Source: a virus (Duplodnaviria > Caudoviricetes). Taken from it: a stretch of 25,366 bases of DNA. Positions 1-10,331 of the stretch are shown piece by piece. Location: IMG/VR virus record IMGVR_UViG_3300032321_000593, positions 1-25,366 of that record. The stretch is one strand, 5' to 3'. Numbering within the stretch: the stretch's first letter is position 1; every line of letters begins with the position of its first letter. A model generated the notes under the pieces. The model did no database searches and had not been told where the DNA came from. It saw nothing but the letters and a program-made list of their open reading frames with translations. The position numbers and the translations under genes are program-made.

Positions 1-645
1 TACCCAATCTGCAACACCGTTTGCCGTTCCTATTTCCAGTTTAAACTTCCGGAATGGGGTAGCTGATAGCGTCTTTGTATCGTAAAGCTCATCAACAAAT
101 GATGCTCTTTCTCTATCAGGAGTGAATGACATCACCTGAGCCTCACATCTGAATTTTGGAACATAAGATGTACCTACAAACCATGCATCAAAATCATTGT
201 AAGAATTGGAGTAAGTAAATACAGAAGTGTTGGGCCAATTTACTGCAACATGAATCGGCTCACTGATCCACTCAAAGATTGTATCTAATAACTGGCATTT
301 GAAATACAGATACAAAGACTTATTTGCTCCGGAAGCATAAGAGCTATCAAGGTCGATTGTGGCATGATATACTGAAGCCGTTCCTGATGTGATCAGTGTC
401 CAGGCAATAGTGCCGACCTGCACCTGTTTGCAATTATAAACCTTGATCGATGCCGGTGCAATTGTAGTAGTGATCTGTAATTTTGTTTGATCACCTACCT
501 GCCACTTCTGACGGTATCGGATTTTTGATTCAAAATCCTTAATTTGATTGTAGCACCAATTATCATCGAAGTGAACGCCTGGCGTATTCGTATGCGGAAC
601 GAATTTAATCGGGCTCAAAAGTGGTATGTCGCAATATTGTGCCAT
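1..645 (-). CDS. Tail-tip/structural protein, truncated by window edge (not in ORF track)
   Basis: Manual translation: ATG at 645 overlaps the upstream TAA (TAATG); MAQYCDIPLLSPIKFVPHTNTPGVHFDDNW... stays open for 215 codons to base 1; position two genes after the tape measure. Confidence 0.8.
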   Translation of the reverse strand, partial: MAQYCDIPLLSPIKFVPHTNTPGVHFDDNWCYNQIKDFESKIRYRQKWQVGDQTKLQITTTIAPASIKVYNCKQVQVGTIAWTLITSGTASVYHATIDLDSSYASGANKSLYLYFKCQLLDTIFEWISEPIHVAVNWPNTSVFTYSNSYNDFDAWFVGTSYVPKFRCEAQVMSFTPDRERASFVDELYDTKTLSATPFRKFKLEIGTANGVADWV

Positions 646-2900
646 TAGTCAATCAGATTTAAAAGGTTAGTATTTGGGCCGCAAAGTAATTTGAACTTAG
701 CTGCATCCCTTGTTGCAGGCTTTACTCCTCCATCCCAGAGGTAGCCACTGTAAGTATTGCCACGGTATGTGAATGTGATTAGTCCGTACGGGTTTGATGC
801 CATCACATCAAGAAAGTTATCCGGAACAGTGCATTCAAAGTTCAAATAGTAAGGCTTGAATAGCCTTGGTGCCAGTGTTGAAACCGGCACGTCCGCTTTT
901 TCAATTAGCCCATCTGCAACCATATCACTATTCTTTTCTCCGCTGGTAAACTCAATATTGGAACTATCGTCTTCAATGAAGGAATGAATGAAGCTGCCGT
1001 TTTGGCCAAAGGCTCTTTTGGGAGAAAGATTTATGTTATAAGCCGTTGATGGATTGATAAGTCCGGTTATAGCATAGGCAGGTCGATTTACAAGGTATGC
1101 CGATGCAGAATAGATTAATATTTGTCCGTTATATGTGCCGTTAGTAAGTGATCCCGATACCTGGATAGTAGTACTGCCAGCCACGATAAGCGTTGCACTG
1201 GTTACAGTGTACTGTGTGCCGCCGATAGTAATCAAACCTCCGACAGTAGGCAGTGCAAGCACGTTAGGGATGGTGATTGTATTGGTGCCTGTAATCACAT
1301 ATTGCCCTTCATAATAGAGGTATGTGCCGCCCTGTACACAATCAACCATGTAAACATCCGTATCCGAACTTGAATCGGTAGTATCTTTTCTGAAATAATC
1401 GGCTCTTGTGATTTCAATGCCGTACATATCAGCTCTGGCCGGGCTGGTGAGATCCAGTTCCTTCACAACTTTGGTGATATTTGTTTTCCAATTCTGCTGA
1501 ACATTAAACTCATCAAGGCCGTTTACTTTATCGTAAGTATAATTTCCGTAGCCTACTTTGATGGTATTGTAAACCATATCTTCTGCGAGCTCAACAGTTA
1601 GTTCTTTTACTTCACCAAGATTCAGAGATGTTGTTGATTTGAAAAAATAGGCATATGGCTCAATTCTTATAAAATCACCTTCAATTCCAAGTGCGAGGCC
1701 AAGCCTGCGAAGTGATTTGTAAAAGTTTTCAAAGCTGAATTTCAGTTTCGCATCTGCGAGCTGCCTGATAGCAGGAGCTGTGGTGTACAAAAGGCCGGGG
1801 AGTGCTGTTAAGGCATTTGATTTAAACTGATATTTGTTATCAGTCATTTTTGCTACCAGCTTTTCTCCGAGTTGCTGTGCTGTGTAAGCCTGTGCAAATG
1901 TTCCGGTGAAGCGTACATCATATTCGAGTGTAATGATACCGCTTAAAGTTTTTACCCAAACTGTAGAGGATCCAATATTCTTACCGGCAATCCTAAAATA
2001 TAATTTATCTCCATTCGTTACTGGAATTGTTCCGGAAAGTGCAATATCATGCACACCCACCGAACGGTTTATTGTATTGAAACTATAAGTTGTGGTAGTA
2101 GTGCCATCAAAATTTACTTTTAATATCTGTACCGGAACAATGTAAGATTCTTCAACCACATTTATCTTTACGCTACCCGAAACTGTTATAGTAGTGGTTT
2201 TGCTAATTGATTTAAACATAAATGTATCATCAGTATAGGTAGATGCCGGGCCTACCTGATCCTGATATAGTATGCCTTGTGTTCTTCCTTCTTCATTAAT
2301 TATTCCTATTCCCATTACTAAAAACTGCCCGTAAACCTCTTGCTGCTCATAAAGCGTCCACTCTACTTTATTTCTGAAATTTATACCATCAAAATAAATA
2401 TTCTTGGCTTGTGCATCGTTTGCGATATCGAGTTCGTAATCCACATTTTCAAAGGCTTTTAAGTACTTAGATGGGCCGCCTTCTGTAATCGATACTGTTA
2501 TCGTGTCTTTTTCATTTCTGAATTTTGAAAGGTCAACTTCTCCATAATACCAATCCTTATAAGTAGCCGGAAAAGTAAATTCATCCAGTTTACTTATGCC
2601 TAAAAAAAGTTCTGCATTAAATCCCGCATTGAATAAAATAGTGCGGATGATCTTTGCGCCATCAAGAGCAAATTCAACCGGTACAGAGTAATCTCTGAAA
2701 AGTCCGAGGTACTTGATATTTCTCGCATACTTTATAAATGTATCACGCCATCCGGTAGGGGAGCTGCTTAATAAAGCAGGTTGCCCATTAGCTTTGAGCA
2801 GCGTTACGGGGCTACCTTCCAGCACAAGCGGCCCCTGTGTGTACAAAGGCTTTTTATCCTGATTAAATAGCCAATACCGTAACTTTCTTACCCTGCTCAT
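645..2900 (-). CDS. Tail-tip/baseplate hub-like minor tail protein (751 aa)
   Basis: Directly after tape measure (ATGA overlap); beta-rich with Thr/Gly-rich Ig-like insertions. Confidence 0.7.
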   Translation of the reverse strand: MSRVRKLRYWLFNQDKKPLYTQGPLVLEGSPVTLLKANGQPALLSSSPTGWRDTFIKYARNIKYLGLFRDYSVPVEFALDGAKIIRTILFNAGFNAELFLGISKLDEFTFPATYKDWYYGEVDLSKFRNEKDTITVSITEGGPSKYLKAFENVDYELDIANDAQAKNIYFDGINFRNKVEWTLYEQQEVYGQFLVMGIGIINEEGRTQGILYQDQVGPASTYTDDTFMFKSISKTTTITVSGSVKINVVEESYIVPVQILKVNFDGTTTTTYSFNTINRSVGVHDIALSGTIPVTNGDKLYFRIAGKNIGSSTVWVKTLSGIITLEYDVRFTGTFAQAYTAQQLGEKLVAKMTDNKYQFKSNALTALPGLLYTTAPAIRQLADAKLKFSFENFYKSLRRLGLALGIEGDFIRIEPYAYFFKSTTSLNLGEVKELTVELAEDMVYNTIKVGYGNYTYDKVNGLDEFNVQQNWKTNITKVVKELDLTSPARADMYGIEITRADYFRKDTTDSSSDTDVYMVDCVQGGTYLYYEGQYVITGTNTITIPNVLALPTVGGLITIGGTQYTVTSATLIVAGSTTIQVSGSLTNGTYNGQILIYSASAYLVNRPAYAITGLINPSTAYNINLSPKRAFGQNGSFIHSFIEDDSSNIEFTSGEKNSDMVADGLIEKADVPVSTLAPRLFKPYYLNFECTVPDNFLDVMASNPYGLITFTYRGNTYSGYLWDGGVKPATRDAAKFKLLCGPNTNLLNLID

Positions 2901-5900
2901 TTCTTAAATGCGTTTTGCCAGCTTGCCGTAACCTCCACTGGCGCATGATTGATTACTGTTACCCTTGGGCGATTTTCTGTAACTGCCTTAATAATTCCCC
3001 TGCCTGTCTTATCGGTCATTACATCAGCCTGCTGTGCGTTTTTTGATGCAATTCTTGCATAAGGGCTTGATGCATTGATTAAGAAGTTCAGTAGTGCATT
3101 ATCATCTTTCAATACCCTGTCTTTTGGCATCAGGTGCGTAAGAGTTGGAACTGATGGCGTAGCTTCAATGGCTCCCGATCCCCGGACGATATACTCAGTC
3201 TTTCCACCATCACCGGTTATCGCCAATTCTTCTTTACCAGTGCCTCTACCTGATTTATACCTTGGCAGCGGTGTGCTGATTGCTTTTGCTAATTGTGCGG
3301 CACCAATAGCCCCTGTGAGAGCAGCCAAGCCGATATTGGCCGGTGTGTAAGGTCTTGAACCAAGCGCATTAATTACAGCAACCGCAGTAGCCTGAATAAT
3401 GCTTGCTATACTTGCCAACTTCTCAAACCTTGCCCTCTGAACAGCCAACTCACGTTTCCTTCTTTCTATAGACTCCGTTTGTGCGGCGGCATTTTTCTCA
3501 ACGATAGCCGTTTGGCGAATTCTTTCCTGCTCAGTAAGGCCAAGAAGATTGATTTGATTGATGCGCCTTGCAGTGTCTTCATCAAGCAGTCTTTTTCTTT
3601 CGTTTAAAGCCTGTTCTTCAATCGTGAACTGGTCATTTACCAACTGGATAAAAAGAGACTTCAACTCATCTTGCAATTGCTTTTGAAGCTCAATCCTTTT
3701 TTCTGCCGCTGCGGCCTCTTCATCAGCTTGCTCCTTGATAGCAGCTTTAAATATTGCTCTTGATTTTTGGCTTATTTCTTGTTGATCCTCCTCGAATTTC
3801 TTTATCCTGGCAATCTCATCATCTCTGATGGCTTGCCTTTGATCAGCAAGCTCTTGCCCGGTCTTTACAAATTCTTTCCCGATTTCAGTGAGCCTTATGG
3901 TGGATTGTAGCTCTATTAGCTCAACCCTTTTTGCAGATGCCGCTCGCTCCTTTTCAATCTGATTGTTAAGTTCTTTTACATTAGCGCCTTTTTGCTTCTT
4001 TTCTTCTTCGAGAGCCGCAATAATTTCAGCAAGCTTTAATTTTTCAACATCCCTTGCAAACTGCACTTCCAGTTGTGCGATTGCCTGCTGCTTTTGTGTA
4101 AAATCAAGCAGGGCTTGTTTACGGATGAAATACCCTCTGTTTTCACTATCAATAATTTCCTTGTCAGCCTTAGAAGATTCTTCCAGCCTCAGCTTGTTAA
4201 TTTCAAATTGAGAGCGAAGGATATCTTCTTTGGTTTTATCATTTACCTTTTTAATTTCGGCGGCAGCTTCTTTTACGCCAGCAGTAGTGTTATTTGTAAC
4301 TTTTTTAGGATCTCCGCCAAGTGTCTCTAATTCTTTATTTGATTTTTCAATAAAACCCTGAATGAAAGCTTCCAGATCATTATATTCTTTTTTTGTTTTA
4401 TTGACATTATCAGTTGCAGCCTCTGCTAATGCTTTAAAATCATCTGCGTTTGGCGAACCTGAAGCAGTTCTGATTGTAGATAGTGGATTGCGAAGCGCAA
4501 CGCCTGCTTTTTCAAAGAAATTTAAAGATGATTGCGGATCAAATGTTTCATCAAGAACCTTTTTGTATTTTTCTGTAAGTAATGTTTGAGCAGCCTGCAC
4601 TTTTGCCTGTATCAGCAAAGCTTTTGTAGCTCTATTCGCTGCATCTGCAATGCCGTTCTGAAATTCCGCTTCCGTTTTAAGATTCCCAAAATATGCAGGA
4701 TATGTTTTCTGCAATTCATCCTGGATATCCTTCTTTCTGCCAACCGAAGTGGAAGTGTTTAAGTATTCCTTTGTGAGTATCTTCAATTTAACAGCCTCTT
4801 CAGCATAAGAAGCATTTGCACTTTTTGTTATATCGTAAAGTGCTTTTTGGTTTTTTGTGAAACCGAATGTTGCCTCACTTGCTTTTGATATGGCATAAAT
4901 CAATCCTCCAACAGCAGCAACAACAATCCCGATGGTGCTTAATTTGAGTACAGCATTTAGCCTTGTAGTTGCAGCAGCCGTGGTGTTTGTAGCCGTTGTA
5001 ACCAGCCCTTGTATAAACACATAAGCCTTATTGGCAATCGTTCCTTTTCTTGTCAATTCTTGTCCAACAGTCTGAATGCTATTGGCAATCCCCTGAACAG
5101 CAATCAGCTTGGCCGTGATTTTGGCAGCATCCTCCTGACTGGCACCAAACAAAGCGTAGGCACCGGCAGCTCCTTGTGCAATACCCGCTAAAGCATTTAG
5201 CGAACCAACAACATTATCAATACCCTTTGTATCACTCGCATTGAGTTTTATCTCATCACGCAAATCACCAACGGCATCTTTGGCTTCCCCAATCTGGCCT
5301 GCTAATGTGCTAAGAAATTTAGTTGCTGTTTCATCACCTTTGGCAGTAGATATCGATAAGTCCTGAAAAGTTCTTTCAAGTATTTTTACCTGCTTGGCAC
5401 TACTGGCTCCCGCTGTACTGGAAAGCGAAAGCGCATCAGTTAGTTTCTGTATCTGAAATGTAGCACCTTTTAAATCGGCTTCGCTTCTTCCTCCACCAAG
5501 CCCGATGCCTTGTGCAAGATTAGCTTTTAGCTGATCGAGCCGAGTAATAAGAGATTCAAAAGGCTTCGCCAGTGATCCGGCATAGTTGCCGACATTTATT
5601 TTTTGCTGGGCAAGCAAGTCAACATTCTTTTTTATAAAATCATTGAGCTTATTGATCCGCTCATTGAGCACATCCCTTCTATCCTGTCCACCTGCTGTAG
5701 CAAGATTCAGTCCGTTCCTTTCTATGGTAAGTTTTTTTACCGCCGCCCTTGCCTTATCAATAGAAGCAGTCTCAGCCAATTGAAATTCAGTAGAGGCCTT
5801 TAATTCTTTGTTTGATTTACGAAGCTCTTCCCGGCTTCTTGCAGTGGCTTTGGCGTAATCAGTTTGAAGGGTTATTAATTTGGCATCAGCTGCAAACCTT

Positions 5901-6115
5901 TGATTTGCGAGCTGCTGAACTGATGCTATTTCTGCCTTTAATTTTGCATTAGCGAGAGAAAACTCCTTCACCGATTCACTACCCGAAACTTCGAGCTTTA
6001 TTTTTGGAATCTTCGAGATGCCAGTAACAAATTCAGATAAAAGTTTCTCAACCTTATCAGATTGCGCCTGTATCGCAGAAAGATCAAAGAGTTCATCAAT
6101 TGTTCCTTTGGCCAT
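2897..6115 (-). CDS. Tape measure protein (1072 aa from MAKGTID)
   Basis: Long Ala/Lys/Glu/Gln-rich coiled coil with hydrophobic Ala/Gly segments; C-terminal PLPRYKSG..AITGDGG motif; synteny. Start moved to the ATG at 6115. Confidence 0.9.
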   Translation of the reverse strand: MAKGTIDELFDLSAIQAQSDKVEKLLSEFVTGISKIPKIKLEVSGSESVKEFSLANAKLKAEIASVQQLANQRFAADAKLITLQTDYAKATARSREELRKSNKELKASTEFQLAETASIDKARAAVKKLTIERNGLNLATAGGQDRRDVLNERINKLNDFIKKNVDLLAQQKINVGNYAGSLAKPFESLITRLDQLKANLAQGIGLGGGRSEADLKGATFQIQKLTDALSLSSTAGASSAKQVKILERTFQDLSISTAKGDETATKFLSTLAGQIGEAKDAVGDLRDEIKLNASDTKGIDNVVGSLNALAGIAQGAAGAYALFGASQEDAAKITAKLIAVQGIANSIQTVGQELTRKGTIANKAYVFIQGLVTTATNTTAAATTRLNAVLKLSTIGIVVAAVGGLIYAISKASEATFGFTKNQKALYDITKSANASYAEEAVKLKILTKEYLNTSTSVGRKKDIQDELQKTYPAYFGNLKTEAEFQNGIADAANRATKALLIQAKVQAAQTLLTEKYKKVLDETFDPQSSLNFFEKAGVALRNPLSTIRTASGSPNADDFKALAEAATDNVNKTKKEYNDLEAFIQGFIEKSNKELETLGGDPKKVTNNTTAGVKEAAAEIKKVNDKTKEDILRSQFEINKLRLEESSKADKEIIDSENRGYFIRKQALLDFTQKQQAIAQLEVQFARDVEKLKLAEIIAALEEEKKQKGANVKELNNQIEKERAASAKRVELIELQSTIRLTEIGKEFVKTGQELADQRQAIRDDEIARIKKFEEDQQEISQKSRAIFKAAIKEQADEEAAAAEKRIELQKQLQDELKSLFIQLVNDQFTIEEQALNERKRLLDEDTARRINQINLLGLTEQERIRQTAIVEKNAAAQTESIERRKRELAVQRARFEKLASIASIIQATAVAVINALGSRPYTPANIGLAALTGAIGAAQLAKAISTPLPRYKSGRGTGKEELAITGDGGKTEYIVRGSGAIEATPSVPTLTHLMPKDRVLKDDNALLNFLINASSPYARIASKNAQQADVMTDKTGRGIIKAVTENRPRVTVINHAPVEVTASWQNAFKK

Positions 6116-6737
6116 CGGTCTCTTGTTTTTTTGATTCAGAAATGTAAAGACTGAAAATAGCCGCAAACTCATCCACCTTTACCACCTCCTTGTCAATGCG
6201 GTAGCCAATATATTTTGATAACGCAACAACCGTTCTATTGTAATCGTCTTCAGTTTGTTTTTTCCCGGTCGCCGTAGCATTGATCCGGTCAAATTCTTCT
6301 TGCAACTCACTTAACTCAATCACATAATTTTTTGCAAGTGCAACAACCCTTTTGAGTTGTTCAGGCTTTTTGTAATCGCCAATAAAGCCCATGGCAATCA
6401 GTTCATCAACAATATCCTGCTCATAGCGTAACCGGAGTATTGTAATTGCATTTTCGATATAAAAAATATCGGCATTCAAAAGGCTCATGCGCCTTTGTAG
6501 AGAAAGTATGTAGTTAGATTCGCCATTGGCAACAAGAGCTGAATACTCGAAGAGGATTTCATTCCATGCATCTTGCAACTCCTTTTCTGTAGGGTTGCCT
6601 TGCCTGATCAGTACTGATAAATTGCCATTGCAATAAGCATCAATAAAAGCACCTATTGAAAGCGTTCTACAGCTCTGGTGTAAAATACATGACAATAGGC
6701 TCTGTGCCGGTGCAGATGCAGAGCCTTCCGTATTCAT
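6096..6737 (-). CDS. Hypothetical protein, possible tail assembly chaperone
   Basis: Helical protein immediately before the tape measure; start uncertain (6737 MNTEG chosen, ORF open to 6806). Confidence 0.55.
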   Translation of the reverse strand: MNTEGSASAPAQSLLSCILHQSCRTLSIGAFIDAYCNGNLSVLIRQGNPTEKELQDAWNEILFEYSALVANGESNYILSLQRRMSLLNADIFYIENAITILRLRYEQDIVDELIAMGFIGDYKKPEQLKRVVALAKNYVIELSELQEEFDRINATATGKKQTEDDYNRTVVALSKYIGYRIDKEVVKVDEFAAIFSLYISESKKQETDGQRNN

Positions 6738-6855
6738 CTCTGTAGAGAGCAACAGGCTTTCCTGTGTGGTTTGCTTTTTGCTTTGCAAGAATGATAATTT
6801 CTTCATCGGCTCTTTTTTGCTGCATGATTGATTGTGTGCAATTCTCGCAACTCAT
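6667..6855 (-). CDS. Small hypothetical protein with N-terminal CxxC (62 aa)
   Basis: ATGA-coupled to the upstream gene; MSCENC start. Confidence 0.65.
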   Translation of the reverse strand: MSCENCTQSIMQQKRADEEIIILAKQKANHTGKPVALYRDEYGRLCICTGTEPIVMYFTPEL

Positions 6856-7271
6856 TTCAACTGCTTTTTTACCAAATCAACAAACTCAGGTTGTAAATCA
6901 AGAGCGTATTCAACACGACTATTTTCAGTAAGTCCAAGTACCTGGCCGCTTTTTGTGCTGTATCTTTTTTCAAGCATTGCCCCTTTCTTATCAGAGCTTT
7001 GGTAAACAATGCTTTTGCCATCCGAAACAACCTTGATGCCTGCATAGAAAGCTCCTGTATCATAGAGCTTTATCGGTCCGGGCTCTTTGCCAAACATATC
7101 AACAGAAACTGCAGAGTAATCGGGCATTTCATTGCCATCAGATTTCAACCCCTTTCGGAGCTGTGCAGTGATAAGATCAGCGGCAACAAAACCAGTGTTA
7201 TCTACAGCACTACTTGCCAGCTCCTGAATCTTTAGGCTCGATATCTTTTCCTTTAATTGCAGGGCGTTCAT
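6852..7271 (-). CDS. Virion morphogenesis/tail completion protein (HK97 gp10/Mu gpG-like)
   Basis: IKLYDTGAFYAGI resembles the LxDTGxL motif of this class; size and location fit. Confidence 0.6.
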   Translation of the reverse strand: MNALQLKEKISSLKIQELASSAVDNTGFVAADLITAQLRKGLKSDGNEMPDYSAVSVDMFGKEPGPIKLYDTGAFYAGIKVVSDGKSIVYQSSDKKGAMLEKRYSTKSGQVLGLTENSRVEYALDLQPEFVDLVKKQLK

Positions 7272-7437
7272 CGGTTGCCTTTTTAATCAGTGAATAAGCA
7301 TCTTTTAACCTGGAAACTCTTTCCTTTTCTGAAATCAATGGATAGATGGCATCATTATCAAGATGGGTATTAACAAACTCATCCTGTGTTAATTGAGCCA
7401 TGACTTTCTCATCGTAGCTTACATTATCAATAGTCAT
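7210..7437 (-). CDS. Hypothetical protein after major tail gene (75 aa)
   Basis: ORF with A-rich start context; location typical of a tail chaperone. Confidence 0.6.
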   Translation of the reverse strand: MTIDNVSYDEKVMAQLTQDEFVNTHLDNDAIYPLISEKERVSRLKDAYSLIKKATDERPAIKGKDIEPKDSGAGK

Positions 7438-7453
7438 GATTTAAGTTTTATAA

Positions 7454-7481
7454 TGGCAGCACCCCAAAAGGAATGCTGCCA
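7454..7481 (-). terminator. Hairpin after major tail gene (weak terminator or mRNA-stabilising stem)
   Basis: Minus strand UGGCAGCAUUCC-UUUU-GGGGUGCUGCCA, 12-bp stem including two G-U pairs; no proper U-tract follows. Confidence 0.6.
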
Positions 7482-7488
7482 AATTTCA

Positions 7489-8451
7489 TTAAGGTTTAGC
7501 CACTTCAATTGCACCAAGCGATTCGTAACCATCGATTGGTGCTGCCAATGCTGCAAGAGCAGCGGCAGATGCAAGATTGACGGTAAAAATAGCCCCTGTT
7601 GCGGCACCAGTAAACGGAGTACCTGACAGCGTAAGGCTCATCACCTTGTTTGTGCTATCATAAGTAGCAGAAACTGTAGCGGAAGTTCCCGCCACCTTGT
7701 TTACCACAGTGAGTGCATTCGTCTGAGCAAGTTCAGTGTCAAATGCAGTAGAGAGGTTAGTTCCTCCTTCAGCAGTTACACTCAATTTCAACACATTTGT
7801 CGCAAAGCTGAACTTCTCCAGGCTTACATTACGAAGACCTGTTACACCTACGAGAGAAGAACCCATTTGAAGAAAACGTGCATTTTCTTTCCACTCAGTA
7901 ATGCTACCGAATTTGATTTCAAACGGATAGTAAGAAGGCTGGCCATTGTTTCCGAAGAAAGGCAAACCTGCATACACATCAGCAGTTGAATAGCCGGTGA
8001 ACTGAGAAGCGGAATAAGTTCCGTAAACGGTGTACTTATCATCCACTACCAACCAGGTCATACCTGCATTCTGAGCTGCAATGAGCTTAGCCTGCATGAT
8101 GTCTCCTTTACGATGCTGCAAGGCGAAAGCCGGAAGGCCATCAACCAAGGTGATATCAACATTGGTAAGGTTACCTGCAGATCCTTGTGTACGCTCTTTA
8201 CGCTGATCTTCAAAATTCGACCAGATACCAAACAGAGGATAAGCACGGTCACCCCTTGCAGCCCTTGTTTTGGTAGTTAAAGCTGATAGAAAAGCAGCAG
8301 GAGTTGCAGTCTCAGCATCACTGAAACCAACACCCGCATCAAGGCCAATAAGGCCATAGAAATTACTACGGATTTTGTCGCACAAAGGAATTCCACTGTT
8401 AAAAGTGCCTGTTGTACCGCCGCAATCCGGAATGTTAAGAATTGTTGGCAT
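7489..8451 (-). CDS. Major tail (tube) protein with C-terminal Ig-like extension
   Basis: 320 aa, Gly/Ala/Thr-rich, follows neck genes and is followed by a hairpin, as expected for an abundant structural gene. Confidence 0.7.
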   Translation of the reverse strand: MPTILNIPDCGGTTGTFNSGIPLCDKIRSNFYGLIGLDAGVGFSDAETATPAAFLSALTTKTRAARGDRAYPLFGIWSNFEDQRKERTQGSAGNLTNVDITLVDGLPAFALQHRKGDIMQAKLIAAQNAGMTWLVVDDKYTVYGTYSASQFTGYSTADVYAGLPFFGNNGQPSYYPFEIKFGSITEWKENARFLQMGSSLVGVTGLRNVSLEKFSFATNVLKLSVTAEGGTNLSTAFDTELAQTNALTVVNKVAGTSATVSATYDSTNKVMSLTLSGTPFTGAATGAIFTVNLASAAALAALAAPIDGYESLGAIEVAKP

Positions 8452-8473
8452 TTTTTTTAAATTTAAAATGTAA

Positions 8474-9028
8474 TTAAAAATTGTTTTGAGTTTCGCAGCC
8501 TGTTCTATTTTCGTATTGAACTTCCAGATTGAGCCGGAAACAATGTTTTGGGTGCATGTCTACATGCTTTAATCGTCCATCAATTGTATTGCCAGGGTAT
8601 TCCCTTAAACATCTTTCAACTCCAAGATCAATAGATTGTAGAATTGAATGAGAAAGCCCGGCGTCAAGTACTGCTGCAACTTCTGTTCTTACCTCCTCAT
8701 CAGCCCTTTGTTCAGAGCTTGCTTTAATAAGATCCAGGTTTACAAAGAATACCAGATGAACATTTGCCCGGTTTACTTCAGCGATTTGTATGCTGTCTGA
8801 AATACCGAAAAAACAAGTAGCAGAGTAGGCATCATCGTAATAGACTTCCTTATACTCCTTGTTGCCGACATAAACTTCAGCAACAAATCCATTGTCTTTT
8901 CGGTTACGGTAGCAACGGCCATAAAACTTTACGTTTCCCCAGGAAGCAGCAAGGGCATCATGTAGCTTTACTTGAAGCTCTTGAATAGCCTTATCAATAC
9001 CTACCGGAGTTGTTCTAAGAACTAACAT
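8474..9028 (-). CDS. Neck/tail terminator-like protein
   Basis: 184 aa just before the major tail gene; C-terminal HCFRLNLEVQY beta strand; synteny. Confidence 0.55.
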   Translation of the reverse strand: MLVLRTTPVGIDKAIQELQVKLHDALAASWGNVKFYGRCYRNRKDNGFVAEVYVGNKEYKEVYYDDAYSATCFFGISDSIQIAEVNRANVHLVFFVNLDLIKASSEQRADEEVRTEVAAVLDAGLSHSILQSIDLGVERCLREYPGNTIDGRLKHVDMHPKHCFRLNLEVQYENRTGCETQNNF

Positions 9029-10329
9029 ACGTTTCGGATTGTGCCTTTATTAGGTTTTGGAAAAAATGATTCCCGCATGCGGACAAGCTCTGCACTGATT
9101 TGTTTTCTCAATCCATAGCTTTGAGGCCCATCCGTAATAGGGGCAACGCCATCGAGAGCCATTGAACCAAGCATCTGGCCGGCAGTGTCCCCAAGTATTC
9201 TTTCATCCGAATTACTTCTCTTTGTAAACAGTATCTGCTCAACTACCTGTGCTGCCATTTGAAGCCCTATTGCATTATCGAACAATCCGGCTTTACTTGT
9301 GATGGAAGCAGTGTGATCTTTAAAAACAGTCAATTGAGCATTAAGTCCGGTTGTGTCACCGGTATAGTTTACTTGTGAAAAGTTTCCCGGAATGCATTTA
9401 AAAAACTCGATTCCATACATTCGATTGCCAATGGTTTCAATATCAGTTTCTGATATCGCTTTACAAGTGCCAAGTTCAGCTTGATGATAACCGAGATACA
9501 GTATTCTGCCATTGGTATTGTTGATCACTAAATTAGGGATGCTAACCGTGGTTCTTGCATTTGCAACACTGGTAACGGAAGTACTCCAAATGGGAGTAGG
9601 GTTTGTGTCTTCATACAGATACAGCATGAAAGTTTTGGCTTCATTAAAATACAGATCTACCTTATCAATCTGAATTGCATAATTCAGAGAAGAAGGGCGG
9701 AAGATTCTTATTCCGGTGAAAGCACCGGTATTTTGAATCTGCTTATCGCTACTATCAAAACGTGTATAGGTCATATCCTGAGAAATAAATTCAGGAACCC
9801 CAAATGTTGCAGATAGTAAACGAAGGATTACCCCTCTTTGTAATGCTTCGAGGTAAGCATTGAACTCAAAGTCGGTGGCGCCATTGAGCTCCATTACTTG
9901 TTTCAAATTTGAAAGTGTAACAAGTGAATGAAAGCTGCCATCATTAAAGCACCTTCCGCTTTTTGAGAATAGGTTATTTGTATTTAAAACGGGAGCTCCT
10001 GCTGACTGTAACCAACCAACCCTGCCAAACAAAGCAGAAATCACCTGAGGATAGTTAAATCCATTTGTGTAATTGCTGCTATATTGTAGCTGATATGAAG
10101 TGCCTAAGGCAAAAACAAACCATTTCTCTCCATCTTCAAATGTGCTTCCAATCAATCGAAAGCCACCAGTAGAGATAACAGTGTAAAGCGCATAATCATA
10201 AGGGCCGTAACCCTGCTTACTGATCCAAAGATCTTGGCCAGCTATGATTGAGATATTGCAATCCGTTGCCCCTGCAACTGGATCGTAAATCCCGGAACCG
10301 CCTACTGTTATCTCAATTGGTTTGGTCAT
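9022..10329 (-). CDS. Head-tail connector-like structural protein with extra beta domains (435 aa)
   Basis: Position after the capsid genes; helical segments flank a beta-rich insert. Confidence 0.5.
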   Translation of the reverse strand: MTKPIEITVGGSGIYDPVAGATDCNISIIAGQDLWISKQGYGPYDYALYTVISTGGFRLIGSTFEDGEKWFVFALGTSYQLQYSSNYTNGFNYPQVISALFGRVGWLQSAGAPVLNTNNLFSKSGRCFNDGSFHSLVTLSNLKQVMELNGATDFEFNAYLEALQRGVILRLLSATFGVPEFISQDMTYTRFDSSDKQIQNTGAFTGIRIFRPSSLNYAIQIDKVDLYFNEAKTFMLYLYEDTNPTPIWSTSVTSVANARTTVSIPNLVINNTNGRILYLGYHQAELGTCKAISETDIETIGNRMYGIEFFKCIPGNFSQVNYTGDTTGLNAQLTVFKDHTASITSKAGLFDNAIGLQMAAQVVEQILFTKRSNSDERILGDTAGQMLGSMALDGVAPITDGPQSYGLRKQISAELVRMRESFFPKPNKGTIRNVC

Positions 10330-10331
10330 TT

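Noticed and set aside
6667-7437. Programmed -1 frameshift of tail chaperones at T AAA AAG or CAA AAA AGA
   Set aside because: In both overlaps the downstream ORF is in the +1 frame and the slippery runs are not canonical in-phase heptamers
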